A DNA stretch of 64,000 nt, from the NCBI GenBank assembly GCA_965249825.1, contig CBDFMW010000002.1:98644-162643 (forward strand), in the 5' to 3' direction. The position numbers were made by a program, and so were the translations under genes. Source of the DNA: Spirochaetia bacterium (GTDB taxonomy: Bacteria; Spirochaetota; Spirochaetia; WRBN01). The notes below the pieces were generated by a model. It saw only the letters and a program-made list of their open reading frames with translations. It was not told the DNA's origin and ran no database searches. Shown here one piece after another: positions 1-10,845 of the stretch. Position 1 is the stretch's first letter. Every line of letters starts with the position of its first letter.

Positions 1-24
1 GATGATTGGGGCAAGGTTTTACCC

Positions 25-591
25 TTGGACGATAAAATTATAAATTATGCCGAACTCTTCGGTGACGACCGTCAGGTCATTCTAGAGGTAGGGTTTGGGA
101 TGGGTTTGGCTACGAGTATTATTGCACTTGCTAATCCTGATAAAGGCTACATTGGGGTGGAAGTGTATGAGCCGGGTGTAGGGAAGTTGCTGTTAGCCAT
201 CGAAAAAGATGAGATACATAACATTCGCATCATTAATGATGACATAACGCTCGTGTTACCTCAGATGATAGCCCTTGATTCTCTTTCTGGTGTGCATGTG
301 TTTTTCCCCGATCCATGGCCCAAAAAACGCCATCACAAGCGCCGATTACTGAATAGTAAGGTTATTAAAGAACTTGCACTACGCTTAAGAACAGGAGGGT
401 ATCTCTATGTGGTGAGTGATTGGCAAGATTATGCCGATCAAGTTCTAGTTCTTTTGCAAAGTGAGCCGTTACTTAAAAATGCCTATGAAACTTTTGCCCC
501 AGCTCAAGAATGGCGCCCCACAACCCGCTTTAATGAAAAGGCGGATGAAGCAGGACGAGACGTGTATGAACTTTGGTTTACTAAAGTTTAA
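25..591 (+). CDS. trmB: tRNA (guanine-N7)-methyltransferase
   Basis: 188 aa; SAM-MTase motif LEVGFGMG and conserved FPDPWPKKRHHKRR block typical of TrmB. Confidence 0.85.
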   Translation: MDDKIINYAELFGDDRQVILEVGFGMGLATSIIALANPDKGYIGVEVYEPGVGKLLLAIEKDEIHNIRIINDDITLVLPQMIALDSLSGVHVFFPDPWPKKRHHKRRLLNSKVIKELALRLRTGGYLYVVSDWQDYADQVLVLLQSEPLLKNAYETFAPAQEWRPTTRFNEKADEAGRDVYELWFTKV

Positions 592-860
592 ACAATGGTG
601 AACTTTGGTCTACCATCGGGTTGAAAATCACCTAATAATTCAAATACTATCGTATTTTCTAACTCATCATGGGGATGAATATCAAGGCGTTGATTGCCTC
701 TTTCACTTTCAATGGTGGCAATGATCTTGTTGTCATCCTCTAGCTCAATGGTTAACATGAGACCATTACCATAGAGAGTGTGAATTCCTTTTTTTTCTAT
801 ATTAATCATCTTTGGCATCAGGTTTTTCTCCTTTTCGTTGTAAATTGGGTTTTCTTTCAA
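588..860 (-). CDS. small hypothetical protein (start uncertain, overlaps ftsH 3' end)
   Basis: 90-aa ORF convergent with trmB; no recognisable motif; likely real start at internal Met (MINIEKKG). Confidence 0.25.
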   Translation of the reverse strand: MKENPIYNEKEKNLMPKMINIEKKGIHTLYGNGLMLTIELEDDNKIIATIESERGNQRLDIHPHDELENTIVFELLGDFQPDGRPKFTIV

Positions 861-2874
861 TTAGCCCTGTGGGGTGATGACGCTCCGACTCACTCAGGGC
901 TACCAAGCGCTGATTATGGGCAGCTTCATCGGTCTCCACAATGATCAAGAGTTCTTCAGCCGTTAATGTCTCTGTCTCTAAAATGCGACGGGTTAACTTT
1001 TCTAGCAAATCATGGTGACGAGTTAAAAGAGAGACTGTACGCTTGTAGCGTTCATCAATTAACTGGGCAATAGAGTTGTCAATATAATCTTGTGTTTTAC
1101 CACTATAGCTATTTTTTTTGCTAAAGGCCATATTTCTAAACTTGTTGCTCATTCCATGATCCATAATCATGCTTCGTGCAATCTCCGTAACGTGTTTAAT
1201 GTCACTAAATGCCCCCGTGGTGATGCGTCCATACACCACTTCCTCAGCAGCCCGTCCGCCCAAAGCCACATCAATCATAGTGATGAGTTCTTCGGTGGTT
1301 TGGCTATAACGCCCTTCGACGGGGTCAGTCCACATCACGCCTAAAGTAGAACCACGAGGAATAATGCTCACTTTACGCAACGGTAAAGCGTAGGGGGTAA
1401 GGACCAAAACAAGGGCATGACCCATCTCATGGTAGGCGGTCATCTCTCGCTCGTGCTTACCCATCACCCAACTTTTACGCATTAGACCAAGAGCCGATTT
1501 TTCAATAGCCTCATTAAAGTCTTGTTGCTCCACCTCGGTGCGCCCAGCCCTCACAGCCATCAGCGCAGCTTCGTTCACCACGTTGGCAAGGTCAGCTCCC
1601 ACAAACCCAGGGGTACTCACTGCTATGGCGTGAAGATCTACTTCTTTTTGAAGTTTAACGCCCGTTGAGTGGATTTTTAAAATTTGCTCACGACCTTTAA
1701 GGTCTGGGCGGTCTACCAACACCTGACGGTCAAAACGACCAGGGCGTAAAAGGGCGGGGTCCAGTACTTCTGGACGGTTAGTGGCAGCCAAAATAATAAC
1801 ACCACTAGTACTGTCAAACCCATCCATCTCTACCAGCAATTGGTTAAGCGTTTGTTCACGCTCATCATTACTACTTAGAGAGTTAGACCGATTTTTACCA
1901 ATAGCATCCATCTCATCAATAAAGATAATGCAAGGTGCTTTTTCACGGGCTTGGTTAAACAGATCACGCACACGTGCTGCCCCCACTCCTACAAACATCT
2001 CCACGAAGTCAGAGCCACTCATCTTAAAGAACGGCACACCAGCCTCCCCAGCCACGGCACGTGCCAGTAAGGTTTTTCCTGTTCCCGGCGGTCCTACCAG
2101 CAGAGCCCCTTTTGGTATTTTGCCACCAATGGCTGTGTATCGTGTGGGATACTTCAAGAAGTCTACCACTTCAATTAACTCAGCCTTGGCTTCGTCACAC
2201 CCAGCCACATCAGTAAAACTAGTTTTGAGGTCACTTTCTGCCACAATGCGGTTTTTGTTTTGTCCAAAATTAAGGGCATTAGCCCCTCCATTCATACGCT
2301 TAAACATGGCACGCCACAGTAAAATAACGATAGCCATAACAAACAGCATGGGTAATATTTGTGCTAAAAAGTAGTTATTGGCTGGAGGCACCACAGTCTG
2401 CTCGAGTGCGTGTTCGGCCAGTAGAGGTAGTAGTGTAGGATCATGCATGCTGGCTTGCGTGAACATCACGGCTTTGTAGACCCTTGCCTGTGATAGATCT
2501 GTGTCGTTTTTATCAATTTTTTCAATAGAGAAGGGGCGTTGCATTTTTTGGCGGGCAGCCATTTGTTCGGCTTGTATTTCATCGCGTGTTTGTGTGGAGC
2601 CAATTATTAGCCCCCCTTTAAACGTAACGGTTTTGATTTCCCCTGAGACAATTTTACTCTTAAACTCAGAGATTGGAACTTCTTTTTCACGCTTCAATGA
2701 GCCACCCCAAAAGACTGAGGCAAGCCATAAAATAGTGAGAACAATGAGTAAATAGCCTAGGCTAAACTTAGCGGGGCTTCCCTTTGGCGGTGGCACAGAA
2801 CCCGTGGGGCTTTTAGACTTTTTGTTCTGTTTTTTCCAAAAATTATTGTTATTATTGTTATTATTATCTGCCAT
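802..2874 (-). CDS. ftsH: ATP-dependent zinc metalloprotease FtsH (N-terminal poly-Asn tract, two TM)
   Basis: Walker [22 protein letters not shown] region, HEMGHAL zinc motif; N-terminus [12 protein letters not shown]. Confidence 0.95.
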   Translation of the reverse strand: MADNNNNNNNNFWKKQNKKSKSPTGSVPPPKGSPAKFSLGYLLIVLTILWLASVFWGGSLKREKEVPISEFKSKIVSGEIKTVTFKGGLIIGSTQTRDEIQAEQMAARQKMQRPFSIEKIDKNDTDLSQARVYKAVMFTQASMHDPTLLPLLAEHALEQTVVPPANNYFLAQILPMLFVMAIVILLWRAMFKRMNGGANALNFGQNKNRIVAESDLKTSFTDVAGCDEAKAELIEVVDFLKYPTRYTAIGGKIPKGALLVGPPGTGKTLLARAVAGEAGVPFFKMSGSDFVEMFVGVGAARVRDLFNQAREKAPCIIFIDEMDAIGKNRSNSLSSNDEREQTLNQLLVEMDGFDSTSGVIILAATNRPEVLDPALLRPGRFDRQVLVDRPDLKGREQILKIHSTGVKLQKEVDLHAIAVSTPGFVGADLANVVNEAALMAVRAGRTEVEQQDFNEAIEKSALGLMRKSWVMGKHEREMTAYHEMGHALVLVLTPYALPLRKVSIIPRGSTLGVMWTDPVEGRYSQTTEELITMIDVALGGRAAEEVVYGRITTGAFSDIKHVTEIARSMIMDHGMSNKFRNMAFSKKNSYSGKTQDYIDNSIAQLIDERYKRTVSLLTRHHDLLEKLTRRILETETLTAEELLIIVETDEAAHNQRLVALSESERHHPTGLIERKPNLQRKGEKPDAKDD

Positions 2875-3052
2875 GCCTGAATAATCATCCTTATATCTTT
2901 TTAAAATATAGCCAATATCTTCACTTCTTGCAAGGTCTTTCCTTAAATAAAGGGGAATTGCTTATTGTAAAAGTTAGGCAATCGTTCTATAATATGGGAA
3001 ACTTTGGTGCGTAGGCATTCAAGATTTCACAATGCAAGGACTCTAGTATAGC

Positions 3053-3349
3053 ATGAATAGGATAGACAAGCAAACCCTCACGGCACTTTTTGCCATGAGC
3101 CATTTTCAATTGCCTGATTCTGAAGTTAATGAATGGCTAGAGGACTTAAACACTTGGCTTGATTTCTTTAGCATGGATGATTTGCCCACGCCGGATGAGC
3201 ATTTTATTGCCGAGGCTAGCCGAACCACCGCTCATTTACGAGCCGATGCGGTTGCCCCCTCTTTTAGCACAGCTGAGATGAAGGCTTTAAGCCCTCGCAT
3301 GGCTGATGGCTTTGTGGCGTTACCTAAAAAAGCTCATCGCCAACTTTAG
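3053..3349 (+). CDS. gatC: Asp/Glu-tRNA amidotransferase subunit C
   Basis: 98 aa immediately upstream of gatA; GatC-like pattern ...LRADAVAPS...GFVALPK. Confidence 0.6.
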   Translation: MNRIDKQTLTALFAMSHFQLPDSEVNEWLEDLNTWLDFFSMDDLPTPDEHFIAEASRTTAHLRADAVAPSFSTAEMKALSPRMADGFVALPKKAHRQL

Positions 3350-3395
3350 TTCATTAATTCCTTCAATTCCTGAGTCTTTTAAGGAGAGCACAGCT

Positions 3396-4808
3396 ATGTC
3401 TGTTAATCAATTATCGCTCACTCAACTCTCTGCCGCCTTGGCGAAAGGTGAGCTGAAACCTAGCACCTTGGTTCAAGCTTATTACGATGCGTATCGCAAT
3501 CAATTGGATCTTAACGCCTATGTTGAGTTTTTTGAGGATGCGCTTGAGGCAGCCCATGCGATGGACTCTCAACGCCCATCAGGCAACCCTTTATGGGCTA
3601 TGCCGGGGGCTATTAAAGATAATTTTTCGGTTAAAAACCGTAAACTAAGCTGTGCCAGCCAAATGCTTGAAAACTATGTTTCGCCGTACACCTCCACTTT
3701 GGTGAGTCGCCTTGAAGAGGCTAGCTTTATCAATTTAGGGCGGCTTAACATGGATGAGTTTGCCATGGGAGCCACAGGGCATTACAGTGCCCATGGTCCT
3801 ACCCTCAACCCGCTGGATAAACTACGGGTGCCAGGGGGTTCTTCTTCGGGCAGTGCGAGCGCTGTGGCAGCCCACACGGCAGCCTTTACTTTGGGTAGCG
3901 ATACCGGTGGATCGAGCCGTTTACCTGCCAGTTACACGGGTGTGTGCGGGTTCAAGCCATCCCATGGGGCGTTGTCGCGCTATGGTTTAACCGCTTTTGC
4001 TCCCAGCCTTGATGTGCCGGGCATTATTGCTCAAACGCCTGCCGATATTGCGGTGGTTTTTCACGCCCTAGCTGGGGTAGATAAAATGGATGAAAGCACC
4101 CGACCGGTGAACACCACAACCCTTGTTCCTTTGCAACCGCTCTCATTAAAAGGCATGAAAGTGGCGAGTTTTTCAGGGCTTATGCAACGTGCAGATGCCA
4201 GCGTGCAAGCGGCCTATGCTAAAGCGGTGGCTTGGTTGGTGGCACAGGGGGCAGTGTTAGAAGAGGTGGAATTAGGCTTAGAAGACACCTTGCTTCGCAC
4301 TTATTATGCCACTTGTTGCAGCGAGGCTGCCAGCAGTTTGGCGCGTTTTGATGGTGCTAGGTATGGACTTAAGTTGCAGGCTGGCACGATTGAAGAGCTG
4401 TTTTGTCAAACACGGCACGATGGGTTTGGGCATGAGGTGCGCCGGCGTATTTTGCTAGGCAACTACTTTTTAAAAGAAGAAAATTATGATCAGTGGTATA
4501 ATAAGGCCGCCCATATTCGCAATGCGTTGCGCGAGCGTGTGATTGAGATTACCAATAACGGGTGTCAGTTGTTTTTGTGGCCGGGCTTTCATGAGGCTTC
4601 ACCTATTGATGCCCCTTCGGCGGATAGCTACACCAGTGACTTAGTGGGTGTGCTAGCAAACTTGTTTGGTGGACCAGCTTTGGCTATGCCTATCCACACA
4701 GGACCGGCTGGCTTACCGGTGAGTGTGCAGCTTTCAGGTGCATGGGGCAGTGATGCCACTGTGTTGCAGGCTGGTGCACAACTGTATACCGACCTTGCTT
4801 GGCGCTAA
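3396..4808 (+). CDS. gatA: Glu-tRNA(Gln) amidotransferase subunit A (amidase signature family)
   Basis: Amidase signature GGSSSGSASAVA, Ser-cisSer-Lys context; start placed at Met 3396 preceded by AAGGAGAG RBS (six-frame ORF begins earlier at 3306). Confidence 0.85.
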   Translation: MSVNQLSLTQLSAALAKGELKPSTLVQAYYDAYRNQLDLNAYVEFFEDALEAAHAMDSQRPSGNPLWAMPGAIKDNFSVKNRKLSCASQMLENYVSPYTSTLVSRLEEASFINLGRLNMDEFAMGATGHYSAHGPTLNPLDKLRVPGGSSSGSASAVAAHTAAFTLGSDTGGSSRLPASYTGVCGFKPSHGALSRYGLTAFAPSLDVPGIIAQTPADIAVVFHALAGVDKMDESTRPVNTTTLVPLQPLSLKGMKVASFSGLMQRADASVQAAYAKAVAWLVAQGAVLEEVELGLEDTLLRTYYATCCSEAASSLARFDGARYGLKLQAGTIEELFCQTRHDGFGHEVRRRILLGNYFLKEENYDQWYNKAAHIRNALRERVIEITNNGCQLFLWPGFHEASPIDAPSADSYTSDLVGVLANLFGGPALAMPIHTGPAGLPVSVQLSGAWGSDATVLQAGAQLYTDLAWR

Positions 4809-5431
4809 GCCAAGCGGAGGGTACTGTTACACATTGATACGACGGTTTCGGGGCTTTCTTGCACCGGAATGCTGTCGTTTTGTTCTATAAAAAAGATCAA
4901 GGTGGCTTCATTGGCAGGGTTGCTGTCGCCTGAAAGGTCGACCAAACTTTGTACGCTGGTGATGAGCTGCTCATTCACCCAGACTGGTTCGCCGTCGGGG
5001 TAGTGCATCTTGGTAAACAGTTTTTGATCGGCATTGCATCGGGTCATCAGGCTTTCTTGGGCCTCTGGAATGATGAGAAAATGGCGTGTTTGCACAAAAA
5101 ATAACCCTGTGCAAGCTAAAATCTCATCGCTATCTTCCTTTAGTTCACGGCGTTTTTGTGCCACGGTGATGAGGGCAGGATTGACCAAGATCTCTTTGTG
5201 TTGTTTATCCATTAAGGTGATGAGGGGGGTGTTATGCTCAGCCATGAGTACCTGCAGCTCATCTAAACTTTGGGTTACCTCCAAGGTCATTTTTTCTTCA
5301 ATAAACGAAATAATACTGACCCGGGTGATGGTGTCATCCGCTGCCAAGTGGGGCTGGCTCTGCACCATGGTAACATGGGCGGGGTTAAAAAAAATAGGCT
5401 TGCCCGCTAGGGACACAAGAGGTAACAACAT
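4805..5431 (-). CDS. hypothetical protein, member of the recurrent (I/V/F)-x-(V/F)-N-P-x-h-I/V motif family
   Basis: 208 aa; four copies of the motif (IFFNPAHVTMV, ILVNPALITVA, VWVNEQLITSV, IFFIEQNDSIP) shared with ORFs 7635, 9509, 12210. Confidence 0.5.
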   Translation of the reverse strand: MLLPLVSLAGKPIFFNPAHVTMVQSQPHLAADDTITRVSIISFIEEKMTLEVTQSLDELQVLMAEHNTPLITLMDKQHKEILVNPALITVAQKRRELKEDSDEILACTGLFFVQTRHFLIIPEAQESLMTRCNADQKLFTKMHYPDGEPVWVNEQLITSVQSLVDLSGDSNPANEATLIFFIEQNDSIPVQESPETVVSMCNSTLRLA

Positions 5432-5512
5432 AGCGACTCCTTTTATGCCTACAGTGTAGCATACTCTTGCATATAGTAGCTAGCCCAGTCATACCGTCTT
5501 ATCAGTCTTTAG

Positions 5513-7582
5513 GTGAATTACCAAACAATACTTAAGGAAGAAGGTCAAAAGATGGGTAAAAAAGTGAATCTGTTTAACTACAGAGCCTCCAAGGCGGAAG
5601 GTAATAAGCATATTACAATTAATGAAAACTTGCTTACTAAAGAGTTTTTAGGATTGTTAAGGGTGATGAATAATCATGCTTTAATGGAGGCGTTGTGCGG
5701 GCATAATTTGTGCTGGGCTAATCATCATGAGCATGAATATGTTGTTGAGTATACAAATGTAGAGATTGATCAATCCAGACCAGATGGTATGATTGCCTTA
5801 AAACATGCTGATGGTACAACCGAGGTGCGGCTGTTTTTTGAAAACAAGGTGGATGCGCCATTACGGGCAGAGCAACTGAACCATTATTTAGACAGCCATG
5901 CCACACAGAAACATGATCGGCTATTGGTGGTTACTCCTCGTATTCATGATAAACAAATAGTGAAGGGCATGGGCGATGAGCGCCTTATTTTTCACACTTG
6001 GGATGACGTGGCTAAGCTTTTAAAAAAACATGGTAAAACGAATGCTACCGAAGAGCGATTGGTTACCCTCTTTTTGGAGGCGATGGAACATTTGGCTGGT
6101 TGCTCGGAACTTACCCCAGAAATTATTAATGATAGCAATTTTGTTCAAATGAACCAATTTATGACTAAGGTGCTGGATAATATAGATCTCTTGGCGTATG
6201 GCGTGAAACTCGCCGGACGTTTTGACAATTTCGGAGGCCTTTATTCTTATCTCTTTAGGGGCGATCGTTGCCATGACTCTTTTGCTAATCTAGGTGCTTA
6301 CTTTTACACCGATGATTTCGGCATTCCCTTAAAAACAGAAGGCGTGCCTGAATTTATGCTTATGTTCTCTATCCTCCCGAATCACCAAGAAAAGTTGATT
6401 GATGATAAGCTTAAAGCGATTGTTGACACGCTCGTGAAGAATGGTTTTGAGAGCAACCTAGACGGCGATGTCATCACTAATAAACGGCATATGCTCTGGT
6501 ATCGCCAGCCCATCACATCGTCCTTCACCGTTGATCAAGCGTTAGAGTTTACCAACACCGCCTTCGCTTTGTTAGCCCAAGCTGGGGCTTTTGCCCATCC
6601 TTACTTTAAATATCTGAAAACCGCCAAGTGGAATGGACTAGTCCATAGCTGGGCTAATCATATGAACGAACAGTATTTTTTAGGGCATGATGATGAGGCA
6701 CACCCTCTTGGGTCCAACACCTTTTTGGGTTACTACTTTACCCCTACCCCTGATAATGATTGTTTATGGTTTGGCGTACATCATGATGCGCAAGCGTGGG
6801 AGCTGCCCCTGCTAGAGGAAGGGCAGCCTGACCTGATGTTTATCTGGTGGCTGTATGATGAGACAATGAATAACGATCCATCGCTACAAGCTTTGGTGCA
6901 ACAACTCACCCAGCAAGGCTTTGAGTTATTGGTGTCGCCAGCACATGAAGGGTGGCACTATCTTGGTTATCGCAAAACTTTATTGGACGGCGACGATGAA
7001 GCTCAGCACGAGCAAGCGGTGGCTTTTACCCAAGAGATGTTTGCTAAAATGAACCAAGCTAAAACGTTTGACCATCCGTACTTTGCATGGATAAAAAATG
7101 CCAACTGGACAGCCCTAGCCGACAGCTGGGCGAACAAAATGGACTCATCGACCTTTGAACCACACCACAGCCCTTGCGAACGGTTAGGCGGTCCGATTAA
7201 TGGGTATAGTTATAACCACAATGATGAGCGTAGTCCGGGTGCTACGTTACAATGGTTTGGGGTGATTAACGACCCTGCAGCATGGGATTTAGAACCTTTA
7301 ACCACAGGGCAACCCGAGCTTATTTTTATTTGGTGGATTGATGAAGAAGTGATCAACAATCCCTTGTTCCAAGAGCTGTTGATCACCCTTAAGAAAAGTG
7401 GGTTTGATTTCGGGTATCACACAAACGAAGGCTGGTACTTCATCAGCTACCGCCAAACTTTGCAAGACGGCACGGACGACGCCCAGCTAGCCCAAGCGTG
7501 GGCGTTTACCGAAACTATGTTTAAAGTGATGGAAGAAGCCCAAGCTTTTGGTCATCCTTATTTTAAGCAGTTTAAAGAGTAA
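5513..7582 (+). CDS. hypothetical protein: N-terminal PD-(D/E)XK-like nuclease motif plus three tandem ~165-aa repeats each ending in HPYF
   Basis: 689 aa; RPDGMIAL...FFENKVD matches PD-x(n)-ExK; repeats ...AFAHPYFKYLKTAKWNGLVHSWANHM / TFDHPYFAWIKNANWTALADSWANKM / AFGHPYFKQFKE with conserved WFGV..D..AW.L.PL..GQP.L.FIWW. Confidence 0.55.
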   Translation: MNYQTILKEEGQKMGKKVNLFNYRASKAEGNKHITINENLLTKEFLGLLRVMNNHALMEALCGHNLCWANHHEHEYVVEYTNVEIDQSRPDGMIALKHADGTTEVRLFFENKVDAPLRAEQLNHYLDSHATQKHDRLLVVTPRIHDKQIVKGMGDERLIFHTWDDVAKLLKKHGKTNATEERLVTLFLEAMEHLAGCSELTPEIINDSNFVQMNQFMTKVLDNIDLLAYGVKLAGRFDNFGGLYSYLFRGDRCHDSFANLGAYFYTDDFGIPLKTEGVPEFMLMFSILPNHQEKLIDDKLKAIVDTLVKNGFESNLDGDVITNKRHMLWYRQPITSSFTVDQALEFTNTAFALLAQAGAFAHPYFKYLKTAKWNGLVHSWANHMNEQYFLGHDDEAHPLGSNTFLGYYFTPTPDNDCLWFGVHHDAQAWELPLLEEGQPDLMFIWWLYDETMNNDPSLQALVQQLTQQGFELLVSPAHEGWHYLGYRKTLLDGDDEAQHEQAVAFTQEMFAKMNQAKTFDHPYFAWIKNANWTALADSWANKMDSSTFEPHHSPCERLGGPINGYSYNHNDERSPGATLQWFGVINDPAAWDLEPLTTGQPELIFIWWIDEEVINNPLFQELLITLKKSGFDFGYHTNEGWYFISYRQTLQDGTDDAQLAQAWAFTETMFKVMEEAQAFGHPYFKQFKE

Positions 7583-7634
7583 CGACTCAATTTTTTATAG
7601 CCAAGGGGAGGGCAACCTCCCTTTGCCCCATGGG

Positions 7635-8876
7635 TTACAGTAAGCTATCCAACGGCTCGGTAATGTCTAGCGTGTCGTAAAATTTGCTAAACTGCAGCTG
7701 TGTGCCAATGGTGTCATTCGGTTCTATCAGCGTGGCGCGGGCAAGGCGAACATGGTTCAAGTTCACTAATATTTCATCGCCGGTAGGTGTATGAAACAGT
7801 TTAAAGTGATGGGCGGTGGTTAAAAAATAAAATTTTTCTAAGGGTTGGGTGCAGGGCATAAACAGGTTGTCATCGGCAAAGGTGATGAGTGTGCCATCAT
7901 CGTGGGTTTGGATACGGCTCACTTGGTGCAGATTGATAAACACCCGCAACTCAGGCGATGTGTGCTTCATGGGTATGAAAAAAGGCAAAGAGAACAACTG
8001 TTTTAAAGGCAGGTTTAACACATCAGTGTGCGTTTTTAACAGGTAGGTAACATGGCTACGCCACACCACACGGTCATCTTTAATAATGTGCCGTGTGCAG
8101 CTCACATAACTCATCAGTGAAGGGTTCACCACCACAGGTAACCCTTCATGGGTAAACCCGCTTAACAAATACGTTTGCTTTTTGCGCCATAGCCGGTGCA
8201 GCTTGGGCAATACTTCAGGCACTTTGTAAACTTCACCATTCACTAAGGAAAACACACTGTTTTTGTCAGCAGGCTTGCCAGAAGGCATAAGACTGGCGAC
8301 AAACTGGCTATTAAGTCCATAGCGGGAACCCTGCCCGTCAGGTAACCAGATAAAGGTCCGCCATGCTTTACTCCACAAAAAACGTAAGCGGGGTAAGGAA
8401 AGCGGATGAAACCAAAACTGTCCATCTAAGGAGTGAAGATGACTAAAGCGACGTTTGGTGGGCTGTTGTAAGCTGGGGCTAGCCCCACGCAGCAGTTGGT
8501 GAGTGGAGCTAGTGGCACGGCCCCGTTGCACAGCTAGCAACCGACTGATGTGTAAATAGTAGGGGTCGTCTTGGTGTAAAGGGGCAAAAAACTGTTTAGG
8601 TGAAAAGCGTTTTAGCATAGCCCATGAACGCACCATAGGAGCTATGTGTAAAATGTGCTGAATGGACTGGGCAATGAGCAATCGAGGCGTGAGCGAATCA
8701 GGCCAATCGCTCAAACTAAGCCAGCTTATAGAGTCAGCATCTTCGGCTGGTTTCAGCGTACGCATAGCCTCCATGAACGTCGGGTTCACTAAGATGACTT
8801 GTTTATGACTTTGGGTACGGGTGGTTTCAATCAAAGAAATAAACCGCACTTGTTCAGAGAAGGTTTTTTTTAGCAT
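7635..8876 (-). CDS. hypothetical repeat-motif family protein (413 aa)
   Basis: Motif copies VILVNPTFMEA, VVVNPSLMSYV, VFINLHQVSRI, ILVNLNHVRLARATLIEPNDTI; paralog of ORFs 9509 and 12210. Confidence 0.55.
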   Translation of the reverse strand: MLKKTFSEQVRFISLIETTRTQSHKQVILVNPTFMEAMRTLKPAEDADSISWLSLSDWPDSLTPRLLIAQSIQHILHIAPMVRSWAMLKRFSPKQFFAPLHQDDPYYLHISRLLAVQRGRATSSTHQLLRGASPSLQQPTKRRFSHLHSLDGQFWFHPLSLPRLRFLWSKAWRTFIWLPDGQGSRYGLNSQFVASLMPSGKPADKNSVFSLVNGEVYKVPEVLPKLHRLWRKKQTYLLSGFTHEGLPVVVNPSLMSYVSCTRHIIKDDRVVWRSHVTYLLKTHTDVLNLPLKQLFSLPFFIPMKHTSPELRVFINLHQVSRIQTHDDGTLITFADDNLFMPCTQPLEKFYFLTTAHHFKLFHTPTGDEILVNLNHVRLARATLIEPNDTIGTQLQFSKFYDTLDITEPLDSLL

Positions 8877-9487
8877 GAGGCATTAAACAAGTTTGCAACC
8901 TGCTGCAACTGGGGTAAATCTTGGTTTAAAAGAGCTTCATAATTGGCTTCAATGGTTTCAATAGGCCAGTTCCACCAGTTTAAGGTGAGCAATGCCGCCG
9001 TTATCTTGGCACTAAAAAGTGGACGAATAACCACCGCAGGGCTACCCCCCACAATGGTGTATGGGGGTACATCTTTGGTAACCAACATAGTACTGGCAAT
9101 GATAGCCCCATGCCCAACAGTGGTGCAACCCTTGCGGTTAAAGTGGCGGTCATCGGGAATAGCATCAGGACTCACGCCATCTTTCCAAAATAAAGAAAAG
9201 GTGGTGAAGGCGTTGGTGTGATGTTGACCATAGGGGCAAATAAACGTGGCATCAGAGGCAATTTGGCAAATTTTACCAATAATTAGTTGAGGGGGGGCGT
9301 TAGGGTTAGGGTCATCATACAGCGCCTTGGTGTTTTCAACCTGTGCCACTTCGCCGTTGTGGTCGTGATAGTAGCTGTAATCCCCCACTTGGATGTGAGC
9401 TTTGGTGATAAAATGCTTTAAAAAGATCAAGCTGGTCAATGGCGTGCCACTGATGTGAATGGGGTATTTTTGCTTTTTATCAAACAT
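8870..9487 (-). CDS. xenobiotic (XAT-class, Vat/CatB-like) hexapeptide-repeat O-acetyltransferase
   Basis: 205 aa; KYPIHISGTPL...IQVGDYSYYHD and C-terminal VTKDVPPYTIVGGSPAVVIRPLF...LNWWNW match CatB/Vat family throughout. Confidence 0.85.
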   Translation of the reverse strand: MFDKKQKYPIHISGTPLTSLIFLKHFITKAHIQVGDYSYYHDHNGEVAQVENTKALYDDPNPNAPPQLIIGKICQIASDATFICPYGQHHTNAFTTFSLFWKDGVSPDAIPDDRHFNRKGCTTVGHGAIIASTMLVTKDVPPYTIVGGSPAVVIRPLFSAKITAALLTLNWWNWPIETIEANYEALLNQDLPQLQQVANLFNASC

Positions 9488-9508
9488 CCTGCACCGTCCT
9501 CTTAGTTA

Positions 9509-10750
9509 TCAATTATCGGCTGGTTCTAAAAGTGTCTTAATCTTAGATAGCGATTCTCGCACCAAAAGCGGGTCATGACTACTGAGCAACACCAGCTGAG
9601 ACGTTGCAGTATCTGATGGATTGATAAAGACGACCACCACCTGCTGGGCATTAATTAACAAGGGGAGATCGCTTACGCTTGTCTCTGGAGTTAGCGTGAG
9701 AAGTGGGATGGCAGAATGGGAGAATAACTGGCTTATTAATGCGGTTAAATCGGGTTCACTCCACAGGGTTAGGCTTGAACCAAATGCTAAGATAATGGTG
9801 TAGTAGAGGGCAATTTGGTATCCGCCTTCAGTATCTTCATTCACCTGTTTGCTGGGCAACACACTTTCAATATGCTCGGTGTTAATGAGCATCGAGCGTT
9901 GGTTGTGAGCATTTAGGAATGGGCGAAATAAAGGGAAAGCGTTGCTAAGCAAGTTGGTGAAGTAGAGCATGGTGTCGCTCACCTGAAATGCGTCACCAGT
10001 GCCGATAAAGGTGAGCTTGGTGAGCCACACAATATCATCGCTTTGGGGTAATAGATGGCGCCCGGTGGTAATAGAGGTAACCATGGCTGGGTTAATAAAG
10101 CGCTCTTCGGTGGCTTTATCGCCCACATAGAAAAACTGCACTTTAATAAAAGCTTTCGCCGTTAAGGTGATCAGCTCGTCAATACTTGTGCTCACAAAGA
10201 GTTCATGCCCTTGTTGAATAAAGCCAAGGCGTGAGCCGTATATGATTTGACCGTTTGCATCTATCATAGGGCAATGAGCAATCCAGCGGATGAGACTGGT
10301 TTGCACCAACACTTGCGCCCCATGTGGCATGGTCAGCGATACAGTGTCTGCCTTAAAAAATAGTTGCAACTGGTGCAAGGGTGTGGTGATGAGCAGGGCA
10401 GGATGGTCGTCGGTAAAATGACATTCACTGTGCCAACTGATGAGACGCTGGCGCTTGTTGGTTGTTTTTTGGGCTAAAATGTAGGTAACAAGCGAGCTGT
10501 TGATAAGTACGGGGTCGCCTGCACCATCAATGGCATCAATAAAATGCGATGACATTGCCATGATCGTGTGACGAATCTGCTCGATAGGTTCGGTGATCAG
10601 CAGAGTACTCATACGAAAAGAGAGCGAGAGAACACTGCAACGCTGCATTGAGCCGTCATTTTTTTCTATAAGCGTGGGCTTAACACTGTTAATGTGGGCA
10701 ATATTAACCAAGATAGCTTGCTCTTTGAGCGGGTGCAACATTACAAACAT
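9509..10750 (-). CDS. hypothetical repeat-motif family protein (413 aa)
   Basis: AILVNIAHINSV, PVLINSSLVTYI, ERFINPAMVTSI, SMLINTEHIESV, VVVFINPSDTAT motif copies. Confidence 0.55.
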   Translation of the reverse strand: MFVMLHPLKEQAILVNIAHINSVKPTLIEKNDGSMQRCSVLSLSFRMSTLLITEPIEQIRHTIMAMSSHFIDAIDGAGDPVLINSSLVTYILAQKTTNKRQRLISWHSECHFTDDHPALLITTPLHQLQLFFKADTVSLTMPHGAQVLVQTSLIRWIAHCPMIDANGQIIYGSRLGFIQQGHELFVSTSIDELITLTAKAFIKVQFFYVGDKATEERFINPAMVTSITTGRHLLPQSDDIVWLTKLTFIGTGDAFQVSDTMLYFTNLLSNAFPLFRPFLNAHNQRSMLINTEHIESVLPSKQVNEDTEGGYQIALYYTIILAFGSSLTLWSEPDLTALISQLFSHSAIPLLTLTPETSVSDLPLLINAQQVVVVFINPSDTATSQLVLLSSHDPLLVRESLSKIKTLLEPADN

Positions 10751-10845
10751 GGGGATGGGGTCGTCTCGCTTTTACTTTAATTTTAGTGAAAAGCACAGGG
10801 GGTGTCAACTCAGTTAAACATTACCTCGAGCTTCATAGTAGAAGT

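Noticed and set aside
1090-2755. Plus-strand ORFs (1090..1344, 1781..2374, 2501..2755) inside ftsH
   Set aside because: They are antisense shadow ORFs within a well-supported ftsH CDS, with no RBS or motifs.
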